64,000 bases of DNA from an uncultured Victivallales bacterium (GTDB lineage: Bacteria > Verrucomicrobiota > Lentisphaeria > Victivallales > CAZBDL01), in the NCBI GenBank assembly GCA_964490525.1, contig CAZBDL010000001.1, positions 25,474 through 89,473 of the forward strand, written 5' to 3'. Within the stretch, counting starts at the first letter, position 1. Each line of letters opens with the position of its first letter. Positions 41,743 to 51,669 of this stretch are shown here, one piece after another. Made by a program: the position numbers and the translations under genes. The notes beneath the pieces were generated by a model, which had not been told where the DNA came from, made no database searches, and saw only the letters and a program-made list of their open reading frames with translations.

Positions 41743-44268
41743 ATGACCCGCTCCAGCATCCTCCCGGCCGTCCTCCTGGCCCTCCTTCCCGCCGCCGCCC
41801 AGGCCCTGACCATCTCCACCTCCCCGAACATCCTCTTCAACGAGGTGGGAACCTCGTTCTCCCTGGCCGAGGGAAAGGCCTACGCCTGGCGCGAAGGATC
41901 CCGGTATGTATGGGGAGAGTACCGCAACAATGCCTTCAGCTACAAGCAGAGCTGGCCCAACTGGACCGGCAGCGAGGACAAGAACAACGACTACATCGGC
42001 ATCAACCCCACGGGCAACGGAACCATCGACCCGTTCAACTACAAGCCGATCCGCGACGGCATGGAGAACGATGATAGCTTCGCACTCGGCATCTCCGGCT
42101 TCACCGACCACCGGCCGCTGGGCGCGGACACCGAGGTCGGCGCCGGACTGGCCGACCTGTATGTGTTCCACCTCGGCTCCGACATCAGCGGCGAATATGA
42201 GGTTCATGTCGACGGGCCCGGCGTCGAGTCCAGGACCTACACCGACAACCCGGCCGGCGCCGAGGTCTCCAACCTCTTCAGGGGATATCTCCCCTCCTGC
42301 CCCCCGTCCTACGCCATCGACGACATCATGACCGACGGGAACAACGTCCCCGAAAGCATCAACGCCGCCATCGTCGACGGCCGCTACCTCGCCTTCTCCC
42401 TCCTGCCGTCATGGCAGGACTCCGACCAGGCGTTCGCCGCCTTCAGCATCACCGCCACCAACGGCTACGGATCCTCCTCTGCCATCCTCACCGTCCGCCT
42501 CTACCCCTATGCGTTCAACGCCTCCATCGAGGTGGACGGAGAGCCCGACCCGGCCATCGGCGGATGGCTCCAGCTCAACGTGACCAGCGGCAGCATGACC
42601 GATATCCTGGACGGCGACGGCGAGCGGAGGTGCATTGCCGGAGCCCCGGGACAGCAGGTGTTCTTCGAGGCCGCCTGCGACGGCTACGCCTACGAGTTCA
42701 AGGGATGGAAGGTCCGGGGATCCGAATACCCCGGCCTCGGCGGCATCACCGTCTTCAACAAGACCTGGGAGGAGCTGCTGGAGATGGGCGGAATGCCCCC
42801 CGACGGCAGGGAGGGGCCGGACATCGCCGCCGTCTTCACCGCCGCCAACAAGTCCACCCTTACCGTGCGCGTCAATGGCGAGGGCAACGCCACGCCGCGC
42901 CGCGCCACGCTCGCCGTGGGCGGGTCCACCGAGGTGATCGTCACCGAATGGTGCGCCCCGTTCCAGGGATTCGAGGACATCCAGGGAAGGACCACCCAGG
43001 AACTGCTCAACACCCAGCCCATCGGGCTCGGCGGCCTGGCCAACGAGACCAACCGCTACACCTACCGGGTCACGATGCACGAGAACAACTCCATCGTCCG
43101 GGCGACCTTCGCGTCGCCGGACGATCCCTGGCCGGACGACGACGACGACGATGATGGCGGCGGGGGCGGCGGCGGCGGCACCGTCTGGCCCGACGACGAC
43201 GACGACGATGACGACTACGAGCCGCCCCCGCCCCCGCCCGGGCAGGTCTACCTGATCATCGGCACCCGGGGCGACGGCCGGGCCACCCCGAACCAGGTCA
43301 ACGTCGCCCCGCGCACACCCGTTCAGGTGACCTTCCAGGAGCTTGGCGCCTCCTTCAAGGGGCCGGTCATCCAGACCGGCGAGGCCACCATGGAGGCCGT
43401 CTCCCAAGGCGGCAGCGACTACGCCGCCCAGTATGTCTACAACATCGCCCCGATCACGAACACAACCATCGTGGCCCCGTTCCTGCGCGAGGAATACCCC
43501 CCCACGGTCACCGCCTACGACGTGCGCCTGAGCAAGCGGGGGTCGGGGTCCGCCGCCCCGCAGGCGTTCCGCCTGCCCCCGGGCAGGAGCACCCTGATCA
43601 CCCTCTCCGAGATCAACTCCACCCTGATCGGCGTGGAGGTCGTCTCCGGCCGTGCCGACCTCGCCCTGCTCGACACCACGGGAGCCAGCCTCTCGCGCGT
43701 CCACCGCTACGGCGTGGGCGGCGTGGGCATGCCCACCGAGATCCTGGCCACCTTCCAGGACGCCGGCGGGCCTCCTCCCGGCACCAAGTACAAGCTGACC
43801 ATCAAGAAGGCAGGAAGGGGATCCACCACCCCCTCGTCCGTCCAGGTCGAGTCCTGGCAGCGGGTCACCGTGGTCTGCCAGGAGTCCGGCGGGGTGTTCA
43901 AGAAGCTGGAACTGGTCGATGGCGTCGCCCAGCTCGGCGCCCCCACCACCTCCGGCACCACCATGGGCGCCAGGACCTATTCCTACCCCGTCTCCAGCGT
44001 CCAAAAGGCCACCACCCTGCTCGCCACCTTCGAGGGCGGCGGGGATGACGACGACGACGATGGCGGCGACGATGACGACGATGACGACGGCGGAGGCGGA
44101 GGGGGCGGCGGAAAGGGGGATGACGACGACGACGAGGTCAACCCGCTCGTGCCGGCGGCCGGCGCCGCCGGACTCCTCCTCCTCAAGCAGAAGCAGAACC
44201 TCTACCGCCCCCATTGGTCCACCGAGCGCCCCGACACCCCCTGGGACGCCAGGAAGCGGGGGGAATAG
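41743..44268 (+). CDS. Large secreted repeat protein (841 aa), InlB-B-repeat/adhesin-like, with poly-Asp/poly-Gly linkers
   Basis: Signal peptide MTRSSILPAVLLALLPAAAQA. Repeated modules of about 80 aa (e.g. TLTVRVNGEGNATPR, YKLTIKKAGRGSTTPS) and a GYAYEFKGWKV motif. D7-8/G7-8 tracts. Confidence 0.65.
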   Translation: MTRSSILPAVLLALLPAAAQALTISTSPNILFNEVGTSFSLAEGKAYAWREGSRYVWGEYRNNAFSYKQSWPNWTGSEDKNNDYIGINPTGNGTIDPFNYKPIRDGMENDDSFALGISGFTDHRPLGADTEVGAGLADLYVFHLGSDISGEYEVHVDGPGVESRTYTDNPAGAEVSNLFRGYLPSCPPSYAIDDIMTDGNNVPESINAAIVDGRYLAFSLLPSWQDSDQAFAAFSITATNGYGSSSAILTVRLYPYAFNASIEVDGEPDPAIGGWLQLNVTSGSMTDILDGDGERRCIAGAPGQQVFFEAACDGYAYEFKGWKVRGSEYPGLGGITVFNKTWEELLEMGGMPPDGREGPDIAAVFTAANKSTLTVRVNGEGNATPRRATLAVGGSTEVIVTEWCAPFQGFEDIQGRTTQELLNTQPIGLGGLANETNRYTYRVTMHENNSIVRATFASPDDPWPDDDDDDDGGGGGGGGTVWPDDDDDDDDYEPPPPPPGQVYLIIGTRGDGRATPNQVNVAPRTPVQVTFQELGASFKGPVIQTGEATMEAVSQGGSDYAAQYVYNIAPITNTTIVAPFLREEYPPTVTAYDVRLSKRGSGSAAPQAFRLPPGRSTLITLSEINSTLIGVEVVSGRADLALLDTTGASLSRVHRYGVGGVGMPTEILATFQDAGGPPPGTKYKLTIKKAGRGSTTPSSVQVESWQRVTVVCQESGGVFKKLELVDGVAQLGAPTTSGTTMGARTYSYPVSSVQKATTLLATFEGGGDDDDDDGGDDDDDDDGGGGGGGGKGDDDDDEVNPLVPAAGAAGLLLLKQKQNLYRPHWSTERPDTPWDARKRGE

Positions 44269-44271
44269 CCC

Positions 44272-46467
44272 ATGAAGAAAGCCTGCGCCATCCTCGCATC
44301 GCTCGTCGCCGCAACGGCCCTTGCCGTGGATCCCCTCGACTACCCCGACGAGGACATCGTGTTCGAGGTCGTCAAGGTCAGGCACAGCTTCCAATGGTGG
44401 GGATTCAACCGATGGAACTGGTCGACCGGCATGAACACGTTCGCGGGAACCGCCCTCCCCGACAACGCCGTCGCCAAGGCCGCCCTCTGGGTGAACCTCA
44501 TCGAGGCGGACCCGGATCCCGCCAGGAACATCACCTACACGCACGCCGACGGGACGGAGACCGTCGCCGACCTCGCGACAAACCGCATGTTCCTGGAGAA
44601 GTACTGCATCGGCCCGATCTCATGGCCGCCCCTGGACACGGGCATCGACTGGCGCACAATGGCCAGGATCACCTGGCGCTACGAGAACTCAAGGCTCCAC
44701 TACCAGATGTCGTCGACGCAGGGGGGAATGGGGGAAAACAGCTCCGGCTCCTTCCTCATCGCCGGCCTTGGATACTACGGCACCGATGTCGTCGTCCGGG
44801 TGGACAAGTACAACGTCAAGCGGCCCGTCGTCCTCTCCACCGTCAGGGACTGCTACAACGGGCGCAACTACGGATTCCAGGTCGCCGACTTCTTCAGCGG
44901 GCCATACCGCGAATACGCCACGACCATGATCCAGGGCCACCCCCAGGTGACCCACAGCAACGGGTTCTTCTCCATCCCCCTCGCCTCCAGCCCCGTGCTG
45001 ACCACCGGGCAGGCCATCTACCGCGTCGTCTGCAGCAACGGATACGGCTCGGTCACCACCAACATCGCCTTCAACCTCTACCCCACCGGCATCATCGTCG
45101 AGAGCGGCACCGGCGGCAACACCGACCCGTCGCCCGGCAACTACGGGGCGGAGCCCGGAACGCCGTTCCCGATCACCGCCTACCCGCTGACCGGATACCG
45201 GTTCGCCCATTGGCAGGTGGAGAAGCAGGACATCTCCGGCCTCTGGCAGCTCCTGCCGGCCACCCACGCCGATAACCCGCATACTTTCACCTATGAGTCG
45301 GAGATGCAGCGCGTCACCCCCATCTTCGAGGTCGAACCCGAGATCACCCATTGGCCGCTGACCCTCGACTTCAACCAGTCCATGGGCGCCCTGACCGTCG
45401 GGGCCAACACCTACGACAGCCCCGGGACCATCCAGGTCCCGGTCGGGGCCAACACCGTGGCCCTCCGGGCCAACCCCGCGTTCGCCCACCGGTTCCTCCT
45501 CTGGACCGCCACCGTCGGCGCGGCCGAGCCGGTCACCGCCACCGCCAACCCCTGGCAGCTCACCGTGACCTCGGCATCGACCCTGCGGGCCGACTTCGAG
45601 CCGGTCGACGAGTTCATGCTCTCCTGGGACATCGGCAGCTCCGGGCATGTGCGCATCGACGGGGTGGACAGGACCGAGGATGGCGAGGCCGGATACGCCC
45701 CCGGGGCCATGGTCACCGTCCAGGCCGTGCCCGCCCCGGGATACGCCTTCCTGGCCTGGACGGGCGACATTCCCGGGGACGACAAGGAGAACGCCGCCGT
45801 CCTGCTGGAGATGGACCGCGACCGGGCCATCTCTCCCCGGTTCTACCAGGACGGGGAGCCCCCGCCCTCCTCGCACACCCTGACCTACATGCTCGAGCTC
45901 GATGCCAAGGGGTACATCACCGTGGACGGGTCGAAGAAGACGAAGTCCGGGTCGACGGCCTTCGCCGCCGGCGCATCGGCGGCCGTCAGGGCCACCGCCC
46001 TTGCCGGATACAGGTTCTCGTCCTGGTCCGGCGACATCAACGAGATCTACAGGGACCTGCCCAACCTCACCCTCTCGATGAACGCCGACCGGGCCATCCG
46101 CCCGAACTTCGTGGCCGACGACGACGGGGATGACGACGGGGACGGAAACGGCGGCGGCGGCGGCATCATCATCATCCCGCCCGACGGCGGCCGGACCTCC
46201 ACCGGCAGCGCCACCACGACCGAGGCCTCCAGTTCGTCCTCCGCCCCCTTCTTCTCCGGCGGCAGCCTCCACAACGGCCCGCCAAGCTCAAGCTCAGGCT
46301 CCGGGTCCGGCGACGCCGACAACCTCAACGACCCGCGCTACCTGACCAAGTACCGCGAGTTCCGGGACGGCGGCGGGGATGTCTACTACTCCAACCAGGC
46401 AACAGAGCAGTCGCGCCCCGTCTACGAGGGGCTTGGCAACCTCATCAAATCCATCGGAGGGAAATGA
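44272..46467 (+). CDS. Large secreted InlB-B-repeat (Listeria-Bacteroides repeat) protein (731 aa)
   Basis: Signal peptide MKKACAILASLVAATALA. Repeated GYxFxxWxG signatures (LTGYRFAHWQV, APGYAFLAWTGDI, LAGYRFSSWSGDI). Confidence 0.65.
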   Translation: MKKACAILASLVAATALAVDPLDYPDEDIVFEVVKVRHSFQWWGFNRWNWSTGMNTFAGTALPDNAVAKAALWVNLIEADPDPARNITYTHADGTETVADLATNRMFLEKYCIGPISWPPLDTGIDWRTMARITWRYENSRLHYQMSSTQGGMGENSSGSFLIAGLGYYGTDVVVRVDKYNVKRPVVLSTVRDCYNGRNYGFQVADFFSGPYREYATTMIQGHPQVTHSNGFFSIPLASSPVLTTGQAIYRVVCSNGYGSVTTNIAFNLYPTGIIVESGTGGNTDPSPGNYGAEPGTPFPITAYPLTGYRFAHWQVEKQDISGLWQLLPATHADNPHTFTYESEMQRVTPIFEVEPEITHWPLTLDFNQSMGALTVGANTYDSPGTIQVPVGANTVALRANPAFAHRFLLWTATVGAAEPVTATANPWQLTVTSASTLRADFEPVDEFMLSWDIGSSGHVRIDGVDRTEDGEAGYAPGAMVTVQAVPAPGYAFLAWTGDIPGDDKENAAVLLEMDRDRAISPRFYQDGEPPPSSHTLTYMLELDAKGYITVDGSKKTKSGSTAFAAGASAAVRATALAGYRFSSWSGDINEIYRDLPNLTLSMNADRAIRPNFVADDDGDDDGDGNGGGGGIIIIPPDGGRTSTGSATTTEASSSSSAPFFSGGSLHNGPPSSSSGSGSGDADNLNDPRYLTKYREFRDGGGDVYYSNQATEQSRPVYEGLGNLIKSIGGK

Positions 46468-46940
46468 CCATGAACCGCATCGCCGCCGCCATCCTGGCCG
46501 TCCCCGTCGCCGCCTCCCTGCTCCTGGGATCCGGCTGCGCATCCACCAAGGGAGGCGGGGGATTCGAGCCCAGCGCCCTCCTGCCCATCGCCACCGCCGT
46601 CGGCACCGGCGCCCTCGGCTACAAGATCGCCGAGGACGAGGACGACGACAAGCGCATGCTCATCACCGCCGGCAGCGCCGCCGGCGGCTACATCGTGGCG
46701 GAACTGCTGCGCGGCAAGTTCCGCAACGACCTGGTGAACGAGTTCAACGCCGGCTACTCCCTCGGCATCTCCAACGCCGCCAAGCAGAACTACTGGATCA
46801 TGCAGAACCGCCAGGCCGAGGACGAGGCCTGGGGCAAGGACGACCCCCGCTACCGCTACTACACCTTCCCCGGCGCCGAGTACGATCCCTCCGGCGCCAA
46901 GCTCGTGGACCATGACGTCATCGTCAGGAGCGTCGAATGA
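46464..46940 (+). CDS. Putative lipoprotein (158 aa)
   Basis: N-terminus AAILAVPVAASLLLGSGCAST (lipobox-like). ATGA coupling. Confidence 0.5.
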   Translation: MTMNRIAAAILAVPVAASLLLGSGCASTKGGGGFEPSALLPIATAVGTGALGYKIAEDEDDDKRMLITAGSAAGGYIVAELLRGKFRNDLVNEFNAGYSLGISNAAKQNYWIMQNRQAEDEAWGKDDPRYRYYTFPGAEYDPSGAKLVDHDVIVRSVE

Positions 46941-47470
46941 CCCCCCGCACGACAGCCCTCGCCGCCGCCGTGATCCTCCTCGCCGCCGCCCCTGCGGCGT
47001 CAGGCGGCGGCGGGGCTGTCACCTTCATTCCCGCCGCGAAGAAGGACAAGGGCCACTTCATCGGGGCATCCGTGTTCCGGCCGGGAATGGACCAGGGGGC
47101 GCAAGGGGCCATGCCCCAGGCAGCCCCCGAATACCAGCCGTCGGAGATTCCCCCCTCGAACGTGGCGGCCGAGCCGCCTCCCCGCATCCGCGCCACCAGC
47201 ATCGGCGACGTGCGGGCCCGGCGCGACCCCCCCGTCGGCAGGCAGGCCGGAACCATCGTCCTGGAGCCGGTCAAGATGGCCGGGGACGGGGGATTCGCCC
47301 CTCCCGCCCCCCTGGCCCCGCCGGACGGGGAAGAATGCCCCCAGGAGGCGCCGGAAGGCGCGGACGACAGCCAGGAGGCTGGCGGGCCGCACAGGCCCGC
47401 CAATCCCCTCGCCAGGCTCGCCATCACCGCAGAATCCGTCAGGAACCAACAGGAGGAGACGCAGCCATGA
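46937..47470 (+). CDS. Secreted proline-rich protein (177 aa)
   Basis: Signal-like AAAVILLAAAPAASG. ATGA coupling at both ends. Confidence 0.5.
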   Translation: MTPRTTALAAAVILLAAAPAASGGGGAVTFIPAAKKDKGHFIGASVFRPGMDQGAQGAMPQAAPEYQPSEIPPSNVAAEPPPRIRATSIGDVRARRDPPVGRQAGTIVLEPVKMAGDGGFAPPAPLAPPDGEECPQEAPEGADDSQEAGGPHRPANPLARLAITAESVRNQQEETQP

Positions 47471-48537
47471 GGACCATCGCCACCGCCATCATCGCGTCCG
47501 TGGCCATCGCCGGCGCGGCCCGCTCCCAGGATCCCCTCGCCAACCTGCGCCAGGCGGCCGCCGAGGCCTCCGCGCAAGCCCCCCTCGGGGACATCATCGT
47601 CACCCCGCCCCCCTTCGGCTACCCCGTCTACGACCAGGCCGTGGAGGGACGCATCATCCAGACCATGAAGCTCCTGGAGGGCTGGCGCGACCGCCACATC
47701 GAGAACGACGAGAAGGTAATCACCGAACTCGGCCGCCTCAACCAGACCGCCACCGAGGCCAAGGAGATCGGCCAGAAGACCCTCGACGTGATCGGCGATC
47801 CCGCCGCCTACCAGGTCAGGACCCCGCCCGGCAGCCAGGTCATGAACTACGAGACCAGCTTCGACGAACTGGAGAAGGCGGCCAAGGCGAACATGAAGGA
47901 CCTGCCGGCGGATTCCGCCATCGACAAGGACACCTACCGGAACATCACCGTCTCCGGCCTCACCGTCGAGCAGGCCAAGTCCGTCGTCGCCACCTCGTCC
48001 GCCCTGCGCCGGGCCAACGAGTCCAAGATCGCCGAGATCCTCAACCGCGTCTCCACCGCCCAGACCTTCGCCGACCTCCAGAAGGCCCAGGCCGAGCTTC
48101 AGGCCATGACCACCGCCCAGCAGATGCTTGCCGCCGACGAGCAGGGCGCCATGAACGTCATCATCCTGGCCCAGGCCGCCGCCGAACGCCAGCAGGAGAA
48201 GGAGTACATCGAGGAGCAGATCCGCCTCGAAAAGGAGGACAAGGCCGTCCTCAAAGGCTACCAGGAGCGGGCCAAGAAGACCAGAGGGAAGATCATGGAT
48301 TCCATCAAGGGGAAAAACGACCCCATCATGGACATCAACCCAGATGACCTGAGCTACACTAAGGCCGGGGAGTTGAATAGGGAAAGTGTCAATGAGTCCA
48401 TGAAGAAGACCATGGGCCAATTCGTGGACGAGGAGGACGAATATTACCTCATCTCCGAATCCTGGAGCGAGGAGCGCAAGGAGAAGGCCATCAAGATGTG
48501 CGAGGAGAAGGGCATCAAGTACAAGATGGTGCCGTAG
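47467..48537 (+). CDS. Secreted coiled-coil protein in a VirB5/TrbJ-like position
   Basis: Signal peptide MRTIATAIIASVAIAGAARS followed by long helical Q/E/K-rich segments. Directly upstream of the VirB6-like gene. Assignment is positional only. Confidence 0.35.
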   Translation: MRTIATAIIASVAIAGAARSQDPLANLRQAAAEASAQAPLGDIIVTPPPFGYPVYDQAVEGRIIQTMKLLEGWRDRHIENDEKVITELGRLNQTATEAKEIGQKTLDVIGDPAAYQVRTPPGSQVMNYETSFDELEKAAKANMKDLPADSAIDKDTYRNITVSGLTVEQAKSVVATSSALRRANESKIAEILNRVSTAQTFADLQKAQAELQAMTTAQQMLAADEQGAMNVIILAQAAAERQQEKEYIEEQIRLEKEDKAVLKGYQERAKKTRGKIMDSIKGKNDPIMDINPDDLSYTKAGELNRESVNESMKKTMGQFVDEEDEYYLISESWSEERKEKAIKMCEEKGIKYKMVP

Positions 48538-48547
48538 GAGCGAATAA

Positions 48548-50020
48548 ATGGATGTATCTTTAGCATTGAAACTTGGGAACACCGTCTTCCTGCCCATCTC
48601 CGTGATCTTCGTGTTCTGGGGATGGATGCAGCAGATGGAGGAGGTGTCGCAGGACCTGCTCAAGGGCCTGCGCTACCTGGCCCTGTGCGGCTCCGTGATC
48701 GTCGCCATCATGCTGTATCCGAAGGTCATGACGAGTTCCGTTCAGGTCGCCAAGAAGATCGCCTCGGAATCCTACCAGGACCAGATGGCCATCTTCGACA
48801 ACGACCGCGACTTCGGAGCCGACTGCGAGAAGAAGTCCTGGTGGGATCCGACCTTCCTGGCCGACGTCGCCATCGAGTTCATGCGTGGATTTATGCTCGG
48901 CGTCATCGGCGTCCTCGCCTGGATAGGAACCTTCATCCTAAACCAGATCATCAATATCCTGGTCATGATCATGATCGCGGTGGCCCCGCTCTTCCTCTCG
49001 TTCCTGTGCGTGAAGCAGACGCAGGGGGCGGGCTCGACGTTCGTGACCTGCTCCATCGGGGTGATGATCATGCCGGTGGCCAAATGCCTCATCGACATGG
49101 TCTTCATCTCCATGACCGGGACCATGGCCACGGCGCTGTTCGGCCAGTCGATCATGTCCGCCGGCCTCTCGTCCCTGTTCATCGGCGCCTCGAGCGGCGT
49201 GACCTTCTCCCTGTTGCCCTTCCTTGGCGTCCTGCTCGGGTTCATGCTGGTCTTCACCCTCGCCCTCTACATCGTCGCCCCCTTCGCCTTCCTGCGCTTC
49301 ATCTCCAGCGGGTCGGTCAGCGGCCTGCTCCAGTCCGTGGTGGCCGGCAGCGCCGGCGTGGGCATGGTCGCCGCCAACGCCGAGAACGAGTTCGCGCGGG
49401 GCATGCGCGACAGTTCCCGGCACGCCGCCGGGAAGAAGGCCGAGGCGGCCCAGCAGTCCGCCCAGTACACGCAGCAGGAGAACGCGGCCAGCTACCTGCG
49501 CCACCAGGCCGGGCTGTCCGCCGACACCGTGCAGGCGGTCTCCAAGGGTGGGGCACTCCAGCCCACCGTGGCCTTAGCCGCCGCGTACCCGTCCATGGGC
49601 AGCATGATGCAGGGGCAGCATCAGCCCCTGGCAACGGCGGTGCAGCAGCCGATCATGTCCGATACCAACGACCCAGGTCGGGGCGGGCACCGTCATTCGC
49701 AACCGGCATCGCCGCCGATCATGTCCGTGACTCCAGGCAAGGGCCTTGACGGTCACCGCCGTCCCCTGCCATCGGCACGGCCCCACGCCTCCTCCATGGA
49801 CGCCTCCCCCCCCGCCAACGCGCCGCTCATGACCACCGCGCCGTCCGTCCCCCAGCCCGTCCGGGGCGGCAAGGCGTCCGGGGCCCAACCCGCGCCCCTT
49901 GCCGGGGAAGCGGCCGGATCCGCCGCCGTGGAGCGCCCCGCCAACCTCACCGAGGCCGGCGACGCGCCGGTCCTCCCCCCCTCCCGCGACATGACCACCG
50001 CTAGAACGCTTGACAACTAG
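48548..50020 (+). CDS. VirB6/TrbL-like polytopic membrane protein
   Basis: At least 6 hydrophobic segments in the first ~270 aa and a long hydrophilic Pro/Ala-rich tail. Position in the locus fits. Confidence 0.55.
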   Translation: MDVSLALKLGNTVFLPISVIFVFWGWMQQMEEVSQDLLKGLRYLALCGSVIVAIMLYPKVMTSSVQVAKKIASESYQDQMAIFDNDRDFGADCEKKSWWDPTFLADVAIEFMRGFMLGVIGVLAWIGTFILNQIINILVMIMIAVAPLFLSFLCVKQTQGAGSTFVTCSIGVMIMPVAKCLIDMVFISMTGTMATALFGQSIMSAGLSSLFIGASSGVTFSLLPFLGVLLGFMLVFTLALYIVAPFAFLRFISSGSVSGLLQSVVAGSAGVGMVAANAENEFARGMRDSSRHAAGKKAEAAQQSAQYTQQENAASYLRHQAGLSADTVQAVSKGGALQPTVALAAAYPSMGSMMQGQHQPLATAVQQPIMSDTNDPGRGGHRHSQPASPPIMSVTPGKGLDGHRRPLPSARPHASSMDASPPANAPLMTTAPSVPQPVRGGKASGAQPAPLAGEAAGSAAVERPANLTEAGDAPVLPPSRDMTTARTLDN

Positions 50021-50038
50021 ACATCTGCCGGTATATTG
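50010..50038 (+). promoter_or_regulatory. Internal promoter (TTGACA-N17-ATATTG)
   Basis: TTGACA at 50010-50015 and ATATTG at 50033-50038, overlapping the 3' end of the VirB6-like gene. Confidence 0.55.
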
Positions 50039-50062
50039 CCCCAACGACCAGGAGACAGCCCC

Positions 50063-50665
50063 ATGGCCCATCCGGCCCTCGCCACCTTCCAGAACAACCG
50101 GTTCGCGGCGAAGTTCTGGTTCGCCGCCTTCGCCGTCGCCGTCGCGCTCCTGGCCGCCCAGGCCGTGTTCCTGGCCGGCATCCTCACCCAGCCCCAGCGG
50201 GTGGTCATCATGGACCCCGCCAAGACCTTCCATGTCTCGGCCCTGCGCAACCCGTCCGACGACAAGGAGGTCAAGCAGTACCTCCTCTGGCTGGCCGCCA
50301 TGTCCCTCTACAACCGGTCCCCGGAGGGGTTCGACTCGCCTGAGATCCTCCAGCAGGTCTACCTCGGCAAGGCCTACGACAGGGCCAAGGAGGACTTCCG
50401 CCGCAACCGCGACGCCTACTCCCGCCAGGGCGTCCACCAGAAGGCGTCCGTGGCCGAGTACGCCATCCTCCAGGAGGACAAGGAGAAGTTCACCGCCGTG
50501 GTCACCGTGAGCCTGCTCAAGACCATGGCCTACGGCGGCAAGGAGATCGCCCGCACCGACCTGATCCAGGTCAGCTACGTCTGCTACCGCAACCCCGACA
50601 TGACCCAGAACGGGCGCCTGCCCTACGCCGTCGTCGACTACGAGGAAAGGATGGTCCAGCAATGA
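50063..50665 (+). CDS. VirB8-like protein
   Basis: A single N-terminal TM (FWFAAFAVAVALLAAQAVFLAGIL) plus a periplasmic domain of about 150 aa. Lies between the VirB6-like and VirB9-like genes. Confidence 0.5.
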   Translation: MAHPALATFQNNRFAAKFWFAAFAVAVALLAAQAVFLAGILTQPQRVVIMDPAKTFHVSALRNPSDDKEVKQYLLWLAAMSLYNRSPEGFDSPEILQQVYLGKAYDRAKEDFRRNRDAYSRQGVHQKASVAEYAILQEDKEKFTAVVTVSLLKTMAYGGKEIARTDLIQVSYVCYRNPDMTQNGRLPYAVVDYEERMVQQ

Positions 50666-51669
50666 CCCCGAGAATCGCCCTGGCGCTCCTCCTGGCCCTG
50701 GCGGGCCTTTCCGCCGCCCCCGGCGCCCACGCCGCCAACGCCCCGCTCGGGCGCATCCGGCGCATTCCCGTGGACGAGTCCGTGGTCCACCGGATCAACC
50801 TCCACGAGCGCTTCGTGACCACCATCTCCTTCCCCTCCCGCGACGGCATCGAGGCCATCCACGGCAGCAACATCACCCGCGCCCGGGACGAGGCCGGGTT
50901 CTTCGTCGAGTACGTCCCGAACACCTACTTCCTCTCCCTCCGCGCCCTCCAGCCGGGGGCCGAGGGATCCCTCAACATCGTCTACAAGAAGAAGACGCTG
51001 GTCATCCGCCTCGGCACCGTGCCCGAGGTCAAGGACGCCGACCTGAGCGTGTTCTTCGAGGACGACGGCTCGACCGCCGGCGCCGGCGCCGGCCGGCGCC
51101 GGCCCAGGGCCACCCCCACCACCATCGTCTCGCTCATGGACAAGGCCCGCATGTGGAAGCTCTACGAGAAGAACTACCCGCAGGCCATCCTCGACAGCAC
51201 CCGCCGCGAGCCCAACCAGGTCTGCTCCTACGACCAGGTGGACATCATCGTGGCCGAGGTCGTCAGGTTCGACGCCCACGACACCCTGGTCTTCAAGCTC
51301 CTCCTCCGCAACAAGACCGACCGCATGCTCACCTACGACGCAAGGTCGTTCGCCGTGCGCATCGGCACCACCCTCCTCCATGCCAGCGTGGCCAACGCCA
51401 GCGGCGTCATCCCGCCGGCCGCCACCGACATCGCCTACGCCGCCTTCACCGGCGGCCCCGAAGGCAGGAACAACTTCTCGGTCGACAACGAGTTCAAGTT
51501 CATGATCACCCTGACCGAGCCCGAGGGGGCCGAGGCCCGCATCCTCGGCGAGCGCATCGACGACATGGCCCGGCTGCTCTCGCCAGACATGTCCGCCGAG
51601 GACCTCCAGCGCGTCGAGGCCGAATACAAGGCCGTGAAGGAACTGTACGAGGCGGGGGTGAAGCCATGA
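50662..51669 (+). CDS. VirB9/TrbG-like secreted protein
   Basis: Signal peptide MTPRIALALLLALAGLSAAPGAHA. Lies between the VirB8-like and VirB10-like genes. ATGA coupling. Confidence 0.5.
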   Translation: MTPRIALALLLALAGLSAAPGAHAANAPLGRIRRIPVDESVVHRINLHERFVTTISFPSRDGIEAIHGSNITRARDEAGFFVEYVPNTYFLSLRALQPGAEGSLNIVYKKKTLVIRLGTVPEVKDADLSVFFEDDGSTAGAGAGRRRPRATPTTIVSLMDKARMWKLYEKNYPQAILDSTRREPNQVCSYDQVDIIVAEVVRFDAHDTLVFKLLLRNKTDRMLTYDARSFAVRIGTTLLHASVANASGVIPPAATDIAYAAFTGGPEGRNNFSVDNEFKFMITLTEPEGAEARILGERIDDMARLLSPDMSAEDLQRVEAEYKAVKELYEAGVKP

